64,000 bases of DNA from Amoebidium appalachense (Eukaryota; Protista; Ichthyosporea): positions 6,772,713 through 6,836,712 of the forward strand of contig CAVNZM010000013.1 in NCBI GenBank assembly GCA_963693365.1, in the 5' to 3' direction. Shown here piece by piece: positions 49,014 through 61,095 of the stretch. Made by a program: the position numbers and the translations under genes. The notes under the pieces are model-generated. The model worked only from the letters and a program-made list of their open reading frames with translations, was not told where the DNA came from and made no database searches. Numbering within the stretch: the first letter of the stretch is position 1; each line of letters opens with the position of its first letter.

Positions 49014-49839
49014 ACACGTGCAGACACACACCCCTCCCTCCTCTTCCCCCAACCTTCAAGCAACTTGTTCTTGTAGACCAAAAAATTGCTTTGCGCTGTC
49101 TGTTGTGAATGTAGATTTCCTACTCTTTACCCCCCCCCCCCCGCCCCCCTCCCCCATCAAAGACAAAACACACACACATATACTAACACACCGTCACTCC
49201 TCTTCTTCCCCCTTCCCCCCACCCCCCCCCCCCCCCCCTCCCCTCCCCCCCCCCTGTCCTTGAAAAAATGGTAATCCAATGAAGACAAACACTGTTGCGG
49301 GGTGGGGTGGAGGAGGGGCACGGGGAGGGCCTTCAGTCATGTAGTTGAGTGTGTGTGTGTTGGGGGTCCAGCCACCACCTTTTGGCTATTTCACGACGTC
49401 TTAACCCCTTTGGCCAATCGCCATTAGCCGTTCCCGCCTTAATCAATCACTATCAGCCATTTCTTTCCTCTATGCATACTCCTCATGTTTGCCATCAGAA
49501 AGTCCCTCCCCCCTTCCCCCCCCCCCCCCCCCCCCCCCCAGCGCCCCCCTTGCCCACGTCGCTCCTATGTTATAACCAAATTCTGGATTGACACCTTCAA
49601 ATTTTCTCCCTTTACATAAAAACCGTCATCACCTATCCCCTTGAGTCACACACACCCAACGTTGACCACAATTCCCTGTGGGGCATGCACGCGCACCCCC
49701 TGAATTCCTTAACAGTATTCGAACCCTCCCCCCCCCCCCCCCCCCCCCCCCCCTCCCCCCTCCCAACACCTTTTTTTCCTTCTTCTGAGATTTTATAATT
49801 ACTCTTCCACGGTGATACATCATGTACTAAGCCCACCCC

Positions 49840-49877
<38 letters not shown>

Positions 49878-49968
49878 ACCACACACACACACACATGACA
49901 CACACAAAAACAGACACACACCACGGCACACATACACATGCAAACACACACACACACCATGGCGCAGG

Positions 49969-50032
<64 letters not shown>

Positions 50033-50575
50033 CACACACATGCACATACCATGTATGTGTGTGTGGGGGGTGGGAGGGGAAGGGGGGGAAAGACGGCACC
50101 GGAGGGTATGGAGGGGTGGGGGGAGGGGAAGTGGGAGGGGAGGAAGGCGGGGGCTCGGCGAAGGACAAACAAGTATTGGACAAATACTTGTTTGGGTTCC
50201 TCCCAAAAACCAAATCAGTCACAAGCCCCCCCCCACGCACACACAGCCGGCATTTCAAACGTACGCGTGCCGGGTCACACACATACCCACCCAGTGTGTG
50301 TGTTTTTTTTTGTTTTTTTTTGTGTGTGGGGGGGGAGGGGACAACAAACGAAACCCTCACCTCGATATTATCATTTTTATTCGTCCAAATCAATCGCAAG
50401 AAAAGTAAAATCTGGGCCTATTTGCCCTTTCTTTAGTAGCATATATATTCAAAAACGTTTGAGAACTTTCATGCACACAGTGCTGCTATGTAAGGAATTC
50501 ATGCACACAGTGGTATGCAGGGGAAATTGCGCACCGTGGTATGCAAGATATTCATGCACACAGTGCACTGCTTGT

Positions 50576-50756
50576 TTACATGCCGTATGCAGCCATGGCC
50601 TTGCGGATACGGTGCACGGCAGCACCAGCCATCTGATTCTCAGGGTGCATTCTCAGAACAGTCTCGAAGTCTGCAAGAGCCTTCTTGTACTTCTCAAGCG
50701 CCTCGAAGGCTTGCCCTCTGTACGTGTGTATGTGTGCATGTGTAAGTGTCCGTGTA

Positions 50757-50804
<48 letters not shown>

Positions 50805-51539
50805 CACACATTAATTTGACGTCATGGCCGACGGGAGTGGGGTTAGAGTATATTCGTAACACAACCATCCGCACGTTTACGAACACACAAGGGTACGCGT
50901 GGGACAACTAATCACCCACGCTGACGCATGAACAAGAACATTAATTGAGGAAGCAAGATCCAATGCAGATTTTACATGCCTCCCCCCCCCCCCCCCCTCC
51001 CTCCCCCCTCTCTCTCCAAACCATACACAAACACCCCACCCCACTACCCCGCACACACATACCACCACAGCACATACACCCCATATATACCACCATTGTA
51101 TCAAACCGTTTACACATCACCCACACACACCATTTGCACCCCTCCCCCTCCCCCCTCCCCCCCACATTCACCCACCCACCCACCCAACCACATCCCCCCA
51201 CCCACACACACCTGCGCAGGAGAGCCTTTGAATCGTTGGGGCGCAGCTCTAGTGCCTGTGTTGTGCACTCGATGACCTTGTCCATGTTGTAGGCCTCTTG
51301 CTGCAGGCAGCACGCTGCCATGTTGTTGAGGATGTCGGCCTTCAGGTCCTTCTGCTCTGCCGTGGCTGCTGACAGTGCAGCCTCGTACTTCTCAACTGCT
51401 TGCGCAAACCGGCCGTTCTGTGGGGGTGGATCGGGGTGGGCGGGGAGGGTGGGGGGGACGAGGTTAGGATGTGTTAGCGAGTACGAAGCGCATGTTCATA
51501 GTGTGGGTGGAGCGAAAGGAAAAGTTGGGGGAGGGGCGG

Positions 51540-51571
<32 letters not shown>

Positions 51572-54030
51572 ATAGAATACGTTCGAGTATGATGTACACA
51601 TTCACGGGCAAGGGGGGGGGGGGGGGGGGGGGGGGGAGGGGGTGGGGGGATTGGACGTGTGGGGGGGTGAGCGTACGTAAGTAGGGAAGATTTGTGTGAC
51701 CCATTTCGGTTCACGATATTTGCCCCCACGGAGGGAGAAATAGGGGTTGAAAGGGGGGAGGGAGAGAAAGAGGGGGCGGGGAGGGGGATCCATATGCGTG
51801 AAGCACACTTCAGGGTGGGTTTGTCAATGATGACGTGGAGGGCTCTAGGTGGTTTTAGTAGTAGTTGTGCGTGTATGGGAGTGGGTAGCTTTTGGACGGT
51901 TGGCTGTGTGGGGGCGGGGTGTTCTGTGTGCACACACGGTGTACGTGTGGGTGGGTGTTGTGCAGCGAGGGAATACGGGTGTTGTGCTATAGAGAAGGTG
52001 TATGTGCGTGTTTTGGTGTTGGTGCTCCCGCCCCGCCCCCCCCCCCCCCCCCCCCCCCCCCTTCAGTGCTACCGGGGCAACGTTGCCAAACCTTAGGTAA
52101 AGGGTTTTCCCCCTTCCACACACACACTCCCCCCCCCCCCCCCCCCCCCCCCTTCCCCCCCCTCTTCCCCCCCACCCCCTATCCCTTCCCCCCGCATATA
52201 AGTTTCACAGCCCTCCCACCGCATCCCTACACACAGCAGCCCTCCTACCCACCCAAAATCCCCCCCCCCCCCCCCCCCATCCCTCTTGCCCTCACATCTA
52301 CATCACAAATCCTCGCCCTTTCCACATAGTCCTGCCCTGCAGCTCTTCAAACCCGACCACGATCCCCCCTCTTCCCCTCCCTCCCCAACCTTTGTACAGC
52401 AACCAGCAACCCAATCATCCACTACGCATCATCCCCCCTCCCCGCCCCCCCCCCCTCTCCTCCCCCCTCAGGTCCCCTTCATGTGCACATTGCAACCTGC
52501 TTAGCGTGTTCCGTCATGAATGTGTACTTCATACTCAACACATCCCCCCTTCTCCCCCCCCCCCCCCCCATCCCACCCCAAGCAATCAACCACCAGCTTT
52601 ACAAACCCCAAACACAACCATCCCCCTCCCCCCCCCAGCGCCCCCACACCCTCTCTACACCCACCACTTGGCCAGCGCAAGCCAGTGCCTACCTTATAAA
52701 GCACATTTGCCTCGATCTTGAGCATCTCGACCCTGGGCACGTTCCTAGCAGCCTCGTCAAAGTCCCTCTTGTAGCTGGCCGTGGCCGGGCTGATCTCCAT
52801 GGCCTTGCGGAAGGCCTCCACGGCCGGCCCGTACTCCTTCAGCGCCATATGGACTGTGCCCTTGCGCCAGTAGCCCTTGTCCCAGCCAGGGTCGATCTCG
52901 GTAGCCCTGTGTGTGTGTTTTGGGGAGGGGGGGGAAATGGAGGAAATGTGTTTTAGGGGGATGGGATGGGATGGGTGTGTGTTGGGGGGAGGGGGGAGGG
53001 GGGGGGTTGGGGATGATGGGATCGATTGCCCAGAGAGAGGGTAGGTGGTTGGCTGGGGGAGGAGGGGGAGGGGAGGGCTAGAATGTTCAGGAGGAGAGAT
53101 GGAGAGGAGGGGAGGAACAGGAGGGGGTGGGGGGGGGGGGGGGGGGGGATGAATTAGAATGTGTTACAGAGTAAGAGGTACATGTGTACATGGCAGGGGA
53201 CATTGAAATACATACAAACACGGAAAAAGAAGGAGAGGGGCAGATATTGTGTGTGTGTGTTTGGGGAGGGGGGGGGGGTGGGGGGGGGGGGGGGGGGGGG
53301 GGGGGGTGGGGGGGGGGGGGTAAAGGATGTGCTACTCGGCACGAGATGCAAAGATCGCTGGGTAGTGCAGGTTAGCATGTTACAGGAAACAAACGGGGAC
53401 TGTGGTGGGAGGAGGAGGAGAGAGGGGGGGCGGGGGGTTGGGAGGTGTGGGAGGGGTTTATATTTTGTGTGCTGGTGTGACGAGGTAGTAGCACATTGCA
53501 TCTTACCAAGTGCCAAAATACACAGCGAAATATTGGGGGGGGGGGGGGGAGGGGGGGGGGGGGGGGGGGGGGGGGGCAGGGGGGGATATGGACATGTAAG
53601 GCTGAAAAGAGGAGAAGGGATGGAGGCAAATTCACCGGGGAAGGAGGAGAAGCCGTGGGGATGCAATTGGGTAGGGTAGGGGGGGTGGAGGAAGGGGGGC
53701 AGGGGAGAGGTGAATACTGTGGTACCAGGTAACTAGCACAAGCGAGCATTGCGCTGTACAAGGAGTGGCATGCAGGAGCCCATACAAAACGAGTGTGCAT
53801 CTAAGCAGCGAAACTCCACGAGAAGGTAAGGGTGGTGGGCATGTGCGTGCAAGGGTCTGACTCGTGGAGAGAAGCTAGAGAGAAAACGGAGAGGGGAGGG
53901 GGAGGGGGGGGGGGGGGGGGGGGGGGGCAGCGGGAGAGGTACAGAGAGAGAGAGAGAGAGAGAGGGAGAGCGAGCGAGCGAGCGAGAGAAAGAGAAAGAG
54001 AGACAGTATGTGTGTGTGTGAGAGAGAGAG

Positions 54031-54098
<68 letters not shown>

Positions 54099-55681
54099 AA
54101 GAGAGAGAGAGAGAGAGAGAGAGGGTGTGTACAAGGAAGAGGTTGGGGTGAAAGACTACAGTAGAGAGGAAGGGCGGGAGAGGGTTGTTTTAGAATAGAA
54201 CAGGTAATTGACCGGACGGGGAGATAGCACACAACCGTAGAGTCTAGGTCTATGTGTTTGCCGCACCCAGAGATTCAACTCGGGTAACAATGCAACCCTG
54301 TATCACGCACCCCGAAAGAGGGGGGCAAAAGAATTGCATGCTCTTTCACGGTGTGTGGGGCTCGTGCACATGCAGAGTGTGGAGGAGGAAAACGAATACA
54401 ACACGAAGCGTGGGTATGGTGAAAAGTGCAGGCAAAAAGGCAGGATCAGAAAAGCATCGCAGGGAAGCAGAAAGTGGTTAGGAGAGGAACGGCAAAGTGT
54501 AGGGTGTGATAGATGGAAGTAGCAAGGAAGGGGACGCAGGGAGGGGGGGGGGGGGGGGGTTGAATGCGTCAAAAAGTACGAAGTACACAAGAACAAACGG
54601 ATAACACGATGCAGAATGCAAGCCATACATAAAGAGTATGCATAATAAGCAGAGCCCATCCTCAGGGGGGGCCTACGTCATCCACAGTACCCGAGTTTCG
54701 ACCTATTCCCCTCGTTAACGAAACCCAACTCAGATGCTGTTTCACTGGGGGCCAGGAAGGAGAACAAGAAAGGGAAACGGGGGAGGTACAGGTAACACGA
54801 GCAAGGGCATGGTTGTGCAAGCAAGGTACAGAAGAGGATGAGGAAGCACAAAGAGCAGGTGACAAAGAGATTACGTGCGGTGAGCTGGCACCGAAAGAGC
54901 CCACATGGAAACACAAAGAGCAAATCAGAAAGAGTAACATAATGTTAGGTGCAAAACTGAAGAGACCTTGCAGATCGAGTCAAGCAAGGAAGTGGGCCAG
55001 ACAATTCGAGCAATAAGGTGGCCAGAGAGGAAAAGGAACGAAAGCACAACCCCCAAGACGACAACTTAGCCTACGTGTAAAGCTTGTGTCCCTTCGAGAA
55101 GAGTCCTTTCTTTCACCCACACAGCAGTACAAAAAACCATTGAAACCCCCAAAACTAAACTCCCCCCCCCCCCCCCCCCCTCGCGCCCCCCCTCCCCCCC
55201 CCTCCTCCCCTTCCACCCCTTCCCCCGTGTTTTAAAATGGTTACTCTCGTCTTTCCCCTGCCAAATCCGTCTCTTTTCTCCCCTTATACCCCTCCACCCC
55301 CCCTTCCAAACACGCACACGAGCGCGGACACACAACACAGTACTCCTTCCTTCCTCCCCCTCCCCCCCCCCCCCCCCCTCCCTCCTTTGTCAACCCCTCC
55401 CCCACCTCCTCCCCTTCTACTAGCCTGTCTTTCACCGAAAAAAGAACAGAAGAAGAGAGAGACACATACTTAACAGCGTCACGGAGCGCTTTCTGAGTGT
55501 CTCCCATCTTCAGATAAGCGGCTGCTCTGTTGTTCCAGTAGGCAGCATTCTTAGAGTCGATCTCGATAGAGAACGTGTAGTTTTCAATGGCCTTTGCAAA
55601 GTTACCCTGCTTGAAGAACTCGTTGCCCTCGTTCTTGTATTTCTCCGCCTGGGAGTTGACGGGTGGCGCGTTCTTAGACAT
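50576..55681 (-). CDS. Two-TPR-domain Hsp70/Hsp90 co-chaperone (TOMM34/RPAP3/STI1-like), about 257 aa, 4 exons
   Basis: Exons 55681-55470, 52906-52693, 51417-51212, 50717-50576. Carboxylate-clamp residues in both domains (KNEGN, NNRAA, KGYWRKG; KIEAN, NNMAA, KALLRRG). Confidence 0.88.
54560..54746 (-). mobile_element. Short poly-C-anchored non-autonomous element, subfamily 1 (copy B), in TPR gene intron 1
   Basis: Direct near-identical repeat of 20590-20777, 34 kb away, same poly-C junction. Confidence 0.75.
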
Positions 55682-55820
55682 TTTTACTTATCTCTTTACA
55701 AGAAACACAAAAAGAAACTCTCCCTTTTTCTAAGTTCCAACGAACGGGAAAGAGCAACAAACAGAAGATTTTTCCGGCACTGAGTGGGATCGCGTTGGTG
55801 CGGACGATTTTGGTTCAGGA

Positions 55821-55830
55821 GTCACGTGAC
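55821..55830. promoter_or_regulatory. Palindromic extended E-box GTCACGTGAC (USF/MiT-TFE type)
   Basis: Perfect 10-bp palindrome 140 bp upstream of the TPR gene ATG, in microsatellite-free DNA. Confidence 0.4.
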
Positions 55831-56873
55831 CACATTTTGAAATTTGGCCACTTTGGAATGGATGAAATGGCACCACAATTTCTATGGAGATTACATTGCA
55901 TGATTTTGAACGAGTAAATAAAGCCGTTTGCGGTGACCTGCTTCGAGCAAACTATTCGGGAAAAAAACACATGCACAAATGTATGTTTTTAATGGTTTGC
56001 CTGTGGCCAACAGTTAAATGGGGGGAGACGAAAGAGAGAAAATATTGAAACATTACAACCATGAATATTATAAAGGGTTTTCTCTCGTAATATTTTGCTT
56101 CAGACATGGTCAAGGCGGCGCTCTGACCTCCCAATTCGGGCCCGAAAATTCAGATCATTGTTCTCGGTATTTTTTCAAGCCCCGGTGTATTTTGGCCCGG
56201 GGGATATGGTATTTTTCAAAAGTATTTTTCATACCAAGTAAGAGGAGGATGAAGGGGGGGTCCTACGGTAACCTACTATGAAACTTTTTTCCTTTTGACT
56301 CGGGTTTATTGATCCGTTGATGAAGGCAACGTGCAGCCACAGGCTACATAACCACCAATAGAACTGAAAAAGCCAAAGCATGAAATTCAGTGCAGGGGCC
56401 TACCATAAACTGAAAATTTGATGGTATTTTTGAAAACTTTTGGGTATTTTTTACCGTAAGAACGGGGTTATGGTCGGGCCTGACTTAGTTGAAAGTTGAA
56501 GGCTCCCATTTTCAAATGTGATTATTTTTCTTTCGTTCGGATTGGTCAGCAATTTGATCGCTTGTTTTCTCTCTCAAGCAAGCTGTCTCGACTCGAGCCT
56601 CCGGACTCCTCGAGTCTCGACTCGAGCTTCTCGAGCAGTCGACTGAGTCGAGCTCACGCTTACGGGCCTTGCTCAGTCGAGCTCCGAGACTGACATTGAC
56701 TGAGTGAATGGAGTCGTTTATTTCTCACCATTTTTTCCCGTAAAAAACAAGAACTGTTTCAATAGTCAGCCCGCCTCTTTCTTCCGGTAGATTCTGTGAG
56801 TGAGTGAGTGAGGGAGGGAGGGAGGGAGGGAGGGAGGGAGGGAGGGAGGGAGGGAGGGAGGGGGGAGGGGGGG

Positions 56874-56926
<53 letters not shown>

Positions 56927-57341
56927 TCGGGGAAGGTGAGGGAGAGAGACTCTTGTGCTTGTGTGCGCCGGGTGTGTGCTTGTGTGTGTGTGGGTGTGCG
57001 TGTGTGTGCGTGTGTGAGTGGTGTTGTGTCCTTGTGTGTGTGTGTACGTGCGTGCATGGATATTGTGAGATGTTGTGCCCTGGTGAGTGTGTGTGTGCGT
57101 GCCCGCGTGCATATGTTAAGACCTCGGGAGAGTGAGAAGAGAGTAGATACTCTTGAGAGACGTGAGAGAGAGGGGGAGAGACAAGAGAGAGAGAGCAAGA
57201 GTCTGAAAAGGAGAGAGAGAGGAGAGAGCGAGAAGGGGAGAGAGCAAACGAGAGAGAGAGAGATGAAGGAGGGGGGGGGGGGGGGGCAAAAAGGAGAGAG
57301 GGAGGGGGGGAGAGATGAGAGCGAGAGGGGGGGGGGGGAGG

Positions 57342-57515
<174 letters not shown>

Positions 57516-58508
57516 AGGAAGGAGGGGTGGGGAGGGCGGAGTTAGTGAGACCCTCGAGCTGTGAAGGGGAGAGAGAGAAGGGAGGGGGGAGGGAGGGAGG
57601 GGGGTAGGGGAGGGAGGGGCGGAGGGAGAGAGGGAGAATCCCAACGATGCACCCTTCGTGTGTTCATTGTACTTTTAAGCAGAAATCTTGGGCCGTAGTA
57701 TCCGGCACGTGCGATCATCAAGAATTCTAGCTTTCAAATGTTTCCCCTCGAACATAGTGGAAGGATGTTTATGCCGTGTATGCGGTAGCCTACACCATCT
57801 CTAGGTGAATATTCTATTTCTACTAAACATATAGTAATAGTACGTATTACGAGGAAATCAAAAAGAAAAACGACGACAGTAAACGGTGTACGAAGTCGTG
57901 CGAGAGAATCACGCGGGCGAAGGGGGAGGAGGGGGGAAGGGAGGGAGGGGGAGAAGGGACCCCAGGAGATGGCACTATCTTATTGGCACTACCATTCAAA
58001 CCCCCGGCGCCGTCCCCCATTAGTGTCTTGAATAATAATTCAGTAGAATACCCTACATACAAGCACGTGTGTGTTACAAGTGTGCGTGTGACACTGTGTC
58101 ACGGTGTGAGAGGGGTGGGTCAGGGGGCCCGGGCCCGGATTATTCAGAATATTCCACATGTTTTATCCCGGTTTCTTCCCGACGGGTCGACGACTCGACG
58201 TCCCTTACTAGTACTCCGTATTGACTACTCTGCACTGACTGTACCCTAGCTATGTCACCGTTACCAATTCTAACTACTATGTATACAGATGTTACTACTG
58301 AGTAAGCTACTTGGGGGTTTACGCTGTTTACTCGAGGCAAAGAGAACCAGTCTCAGGTATGGGGGGGGGGGTTTTGCTCGGAATATCCCCTCAGCGGTAT
58401 ATCATGATCACGTACATAGATGTCGGGTGGTGACTATATATCAGGGTTTACTTTCTCTACGAGACACCATAAAGACTACAAGGAGAAATCAATTAGTTGG
58501 GGTTCCCC

Positions 58509-58594
<86 letters not shown>

Positions 58595-58626
58595 GGGCTC
58601 CCCTCGGGACACTCGGTATCAGCTGG

Positions 58627-58681
<55 letters not shown>

Positions 58682-59280
58682 TGTGTGTGTGTGCGCGTGC
58701 GCTATAATTTTGTAGTGATGTGTTTCTCAAGCCAATCAATACATCTAATAAACAGGTCGTAGTTACGCGTGTTTAGTATAAAATCAAGGATGTTGTAATT
58801 TACAGGTAGGCTATCTTTCTGGGTGTCTGTTGTGAATGTGACGTGTGTGTGTTGCGGTATTATGTGGTCTATCAAACTACATTTGGCGATACATGACCGG
58901 TTAAACTGGTGTGTGTGTGTGTTGTTTGGGCATGCAAATGATGCCACCTTATACTTATTAGATCTCCACTGTATAGCACGTGTACAGTAAAAGCGTGGTA
59001 CTTCTCTGTAAGTATTGTCAGCTCAAGCAATTCAGCTGCAAACAGCATAGGTTGGCGGTTGGCAACTTGCAAGCTTGGCGTCTCCAGGACTTCAGGCTAA
59101 ATTTTTATCCCTGAAATGGCAGGAATGTGAATGGAACGAAGCCTTGTTTATCTATTTTTTGTTCGAAGTGACAGCGGCACAGTGCACACGCCAACTGTCC
59201 TGAGACAGGTTGAACTTTTTCAGCGCGTGTTCGAACACTGCTCCTGAAACCTACTAATAATAATATCCTCCGGCACACGC

Positions 59281-59316
<36 letters not shown>

Positions 59317-59346
59317 GCACACACAGCATCTCTCTTAACCCCCAAA

Positions 59347-60318
59347 ATGCGTCACCTCAGTTTTGTTGCCCTCCGGATCCTCCCCGTCCTTGGGCTTGCC
59401 TATGCCAACCCCATTCCCTACAACATTCCATGGCCACCACCGGCCGCTCCGGGAAAGACCCGTGAACGTCAGGAGGTCGGTCACACGGAATATATGAGAT
59501 TCTCTAAGGGCCGCACTCCGAAACATGACTTTGAAGATACGGAGGATGGGGATGATGATGCATACGAGGTGCCCATGCGTGCACCTGTTTACGCCGAGAA
59601 CGAAGACGACGAAGACGACAGGGCCATGAGGAGGAAACATCGTGTTGATGAGGGCGACATGGAAGAGAAATGGGGTAGAGATGATGAAGAAGACGAAGGG
59701 TGGGAAGGAAAAGACGACGGAGAGGAAGAGAAGGACGATGAAGAGGGAGGGGATGATGACACTCATGACGACGAGTGGCGGCCCACAGGTCGGCGTGTCC
59801 CAGACGGGGATGAAATGAGGTGGAGTGAGGAGGATGAAGTAGAGATTTGGGAAGGAAGAGACAACTTGATGGGAGAAGAGGAAGCGGAGGACGGAGAGGA
59901 GGAGGAAGGGGTTCAAGAGAGTGTGGAAGAGTGGGCAAGAGAGGATGTTGATGGCGATGATGAGGACAGTGATCCAGAAGCCTACGAGGGGGAGAAGGAT
60001 GAGGAAGCAGACGGGGGTGACTTTGTACCCGGTGCCCGTGCGTTCGGGGGTGACCAGTGTCCCCGCAGTTTCACCTGTTCGATGAATGCGTTCAAGTTGT
60101 GCAAAACGTGCGGGGCCCAGACTCTCAGCGCCGCCAACGGGCCACTCAAACATGTGCTTGCACTGCAGAAATGCAGCCCTACTTCCCCTTGGACCATCCA
60201 CGGCTTGTGGCCTAACTACGAGACACGCCCAGGTAACAGCCAGTTCCCATGTCTCTGCCAAGGCGCATCATCTTTCGACATCAAGAAGATTGCTCCGGCT
60301 GTACAGGCACTACAATAA
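59347..60318 (+). pseudogene. Secreted RNase T2-family gene with long acidic N-terminal region, interrupted after CAS I
   Basis: Signal peptide, about 170 aa D/E-rich tract, then LALQ..WTIHGLWP (CAS I) and C...FDIKKIAPAVQALQ*. CAS II (HEWxKHGTC) is absent, and the stop coincides with the start of unrelated sequence. Confidence 0.75.
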
Positions 60319-60650
60319 GGGGCGCGGCACATGGTCGACGTGACGTCATCAAAGATGACGTCACCTCGACCATTATCCGCACCCCTTAGGATATGGGATA
60401 TGTGAATATGAGATATGTGATATCTGTGTACACATATCGCGATATGGGATATGTGATATGGGTGGATATATGTACATGAGCACGTGCACACACTGTGTGT
60501 GTGTAAAACACGTGCAGAGCACGTGATTTTAATTAAATAATTAAACAATTAAAGAGAGAGAGGGCGGAACACGTGTACGCGTACGTGTACGCGTACGTGT
60601 GGTGCGTACATGTACACAAGTGCGGATCAAAGGAATGCGAAGGTTTGCGC

Positions 60651-60859
60651 AAGGCGTCCAATGGGAATTCGAATTCTGAATTCCATGTACAAGGCGTCCA
60701 ATGGTATTACGGATGCGCAGGGCGGCCAATGATAATTCGGCTCAAAAAAGCCAATTGCCGCACAAGGCGTCCAATGAGCATTAAGGATAGCACATTCCAT
60801 CCCCAAAGCGTCCAATGAGCGCCCGGATCGGTCTATCTGGGTCTCTTATTGGACGCCTT
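60651..60859 (+). promoter_or_regulatory. Array of AAGGCGTCCAATG (CCAAT-box) motifs upstream of pPolB
   Basis: Copies at 60651, 60691, 60719 (variant), 60764, 60805 (variant) and an inverted copy at 60847-60859. Confidence 0.6.
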
Positions 60860-61095
60860 AGGTACACAGGCGGCCGCCGCGACCACACACACACAAACAA
60901 ACATGCACAGACGTTGTTTTTTTGCAAGATGTTTGCTTTGGAGATTTATTGCACAGGCACAGGCTTGTTATTTTGCACACCGTTCTTTATTGAGGCGTTG
61001 CCCTGGCACAGCCAGGATTAGCCTAGTAATTATTAAGTAGATTGATACTTGAGATTTATAAGATTACAGCCTGAGATCTAAGGTTACATTTCAAG

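Noticed and set aside
56393-56482. Possible 90-bp hAT-type MITE (CAGG..ACCATAA inverted ends)
   Set aside because: TIRs are imperfect and the putative 8-bp TSD matches only 5/8.
59335-60261. 308-aa hydrophobic ORF on the minus strand
   Set aside because: Antisense of the D/E-rich RNase T2 coding region.
60651-60859. Repeat-spacer pattern as a CRISPR array
   Set aside because: Repeat only 13 nt, irregular spacing, one copy inverted, eukaryotic context, no cas genes.
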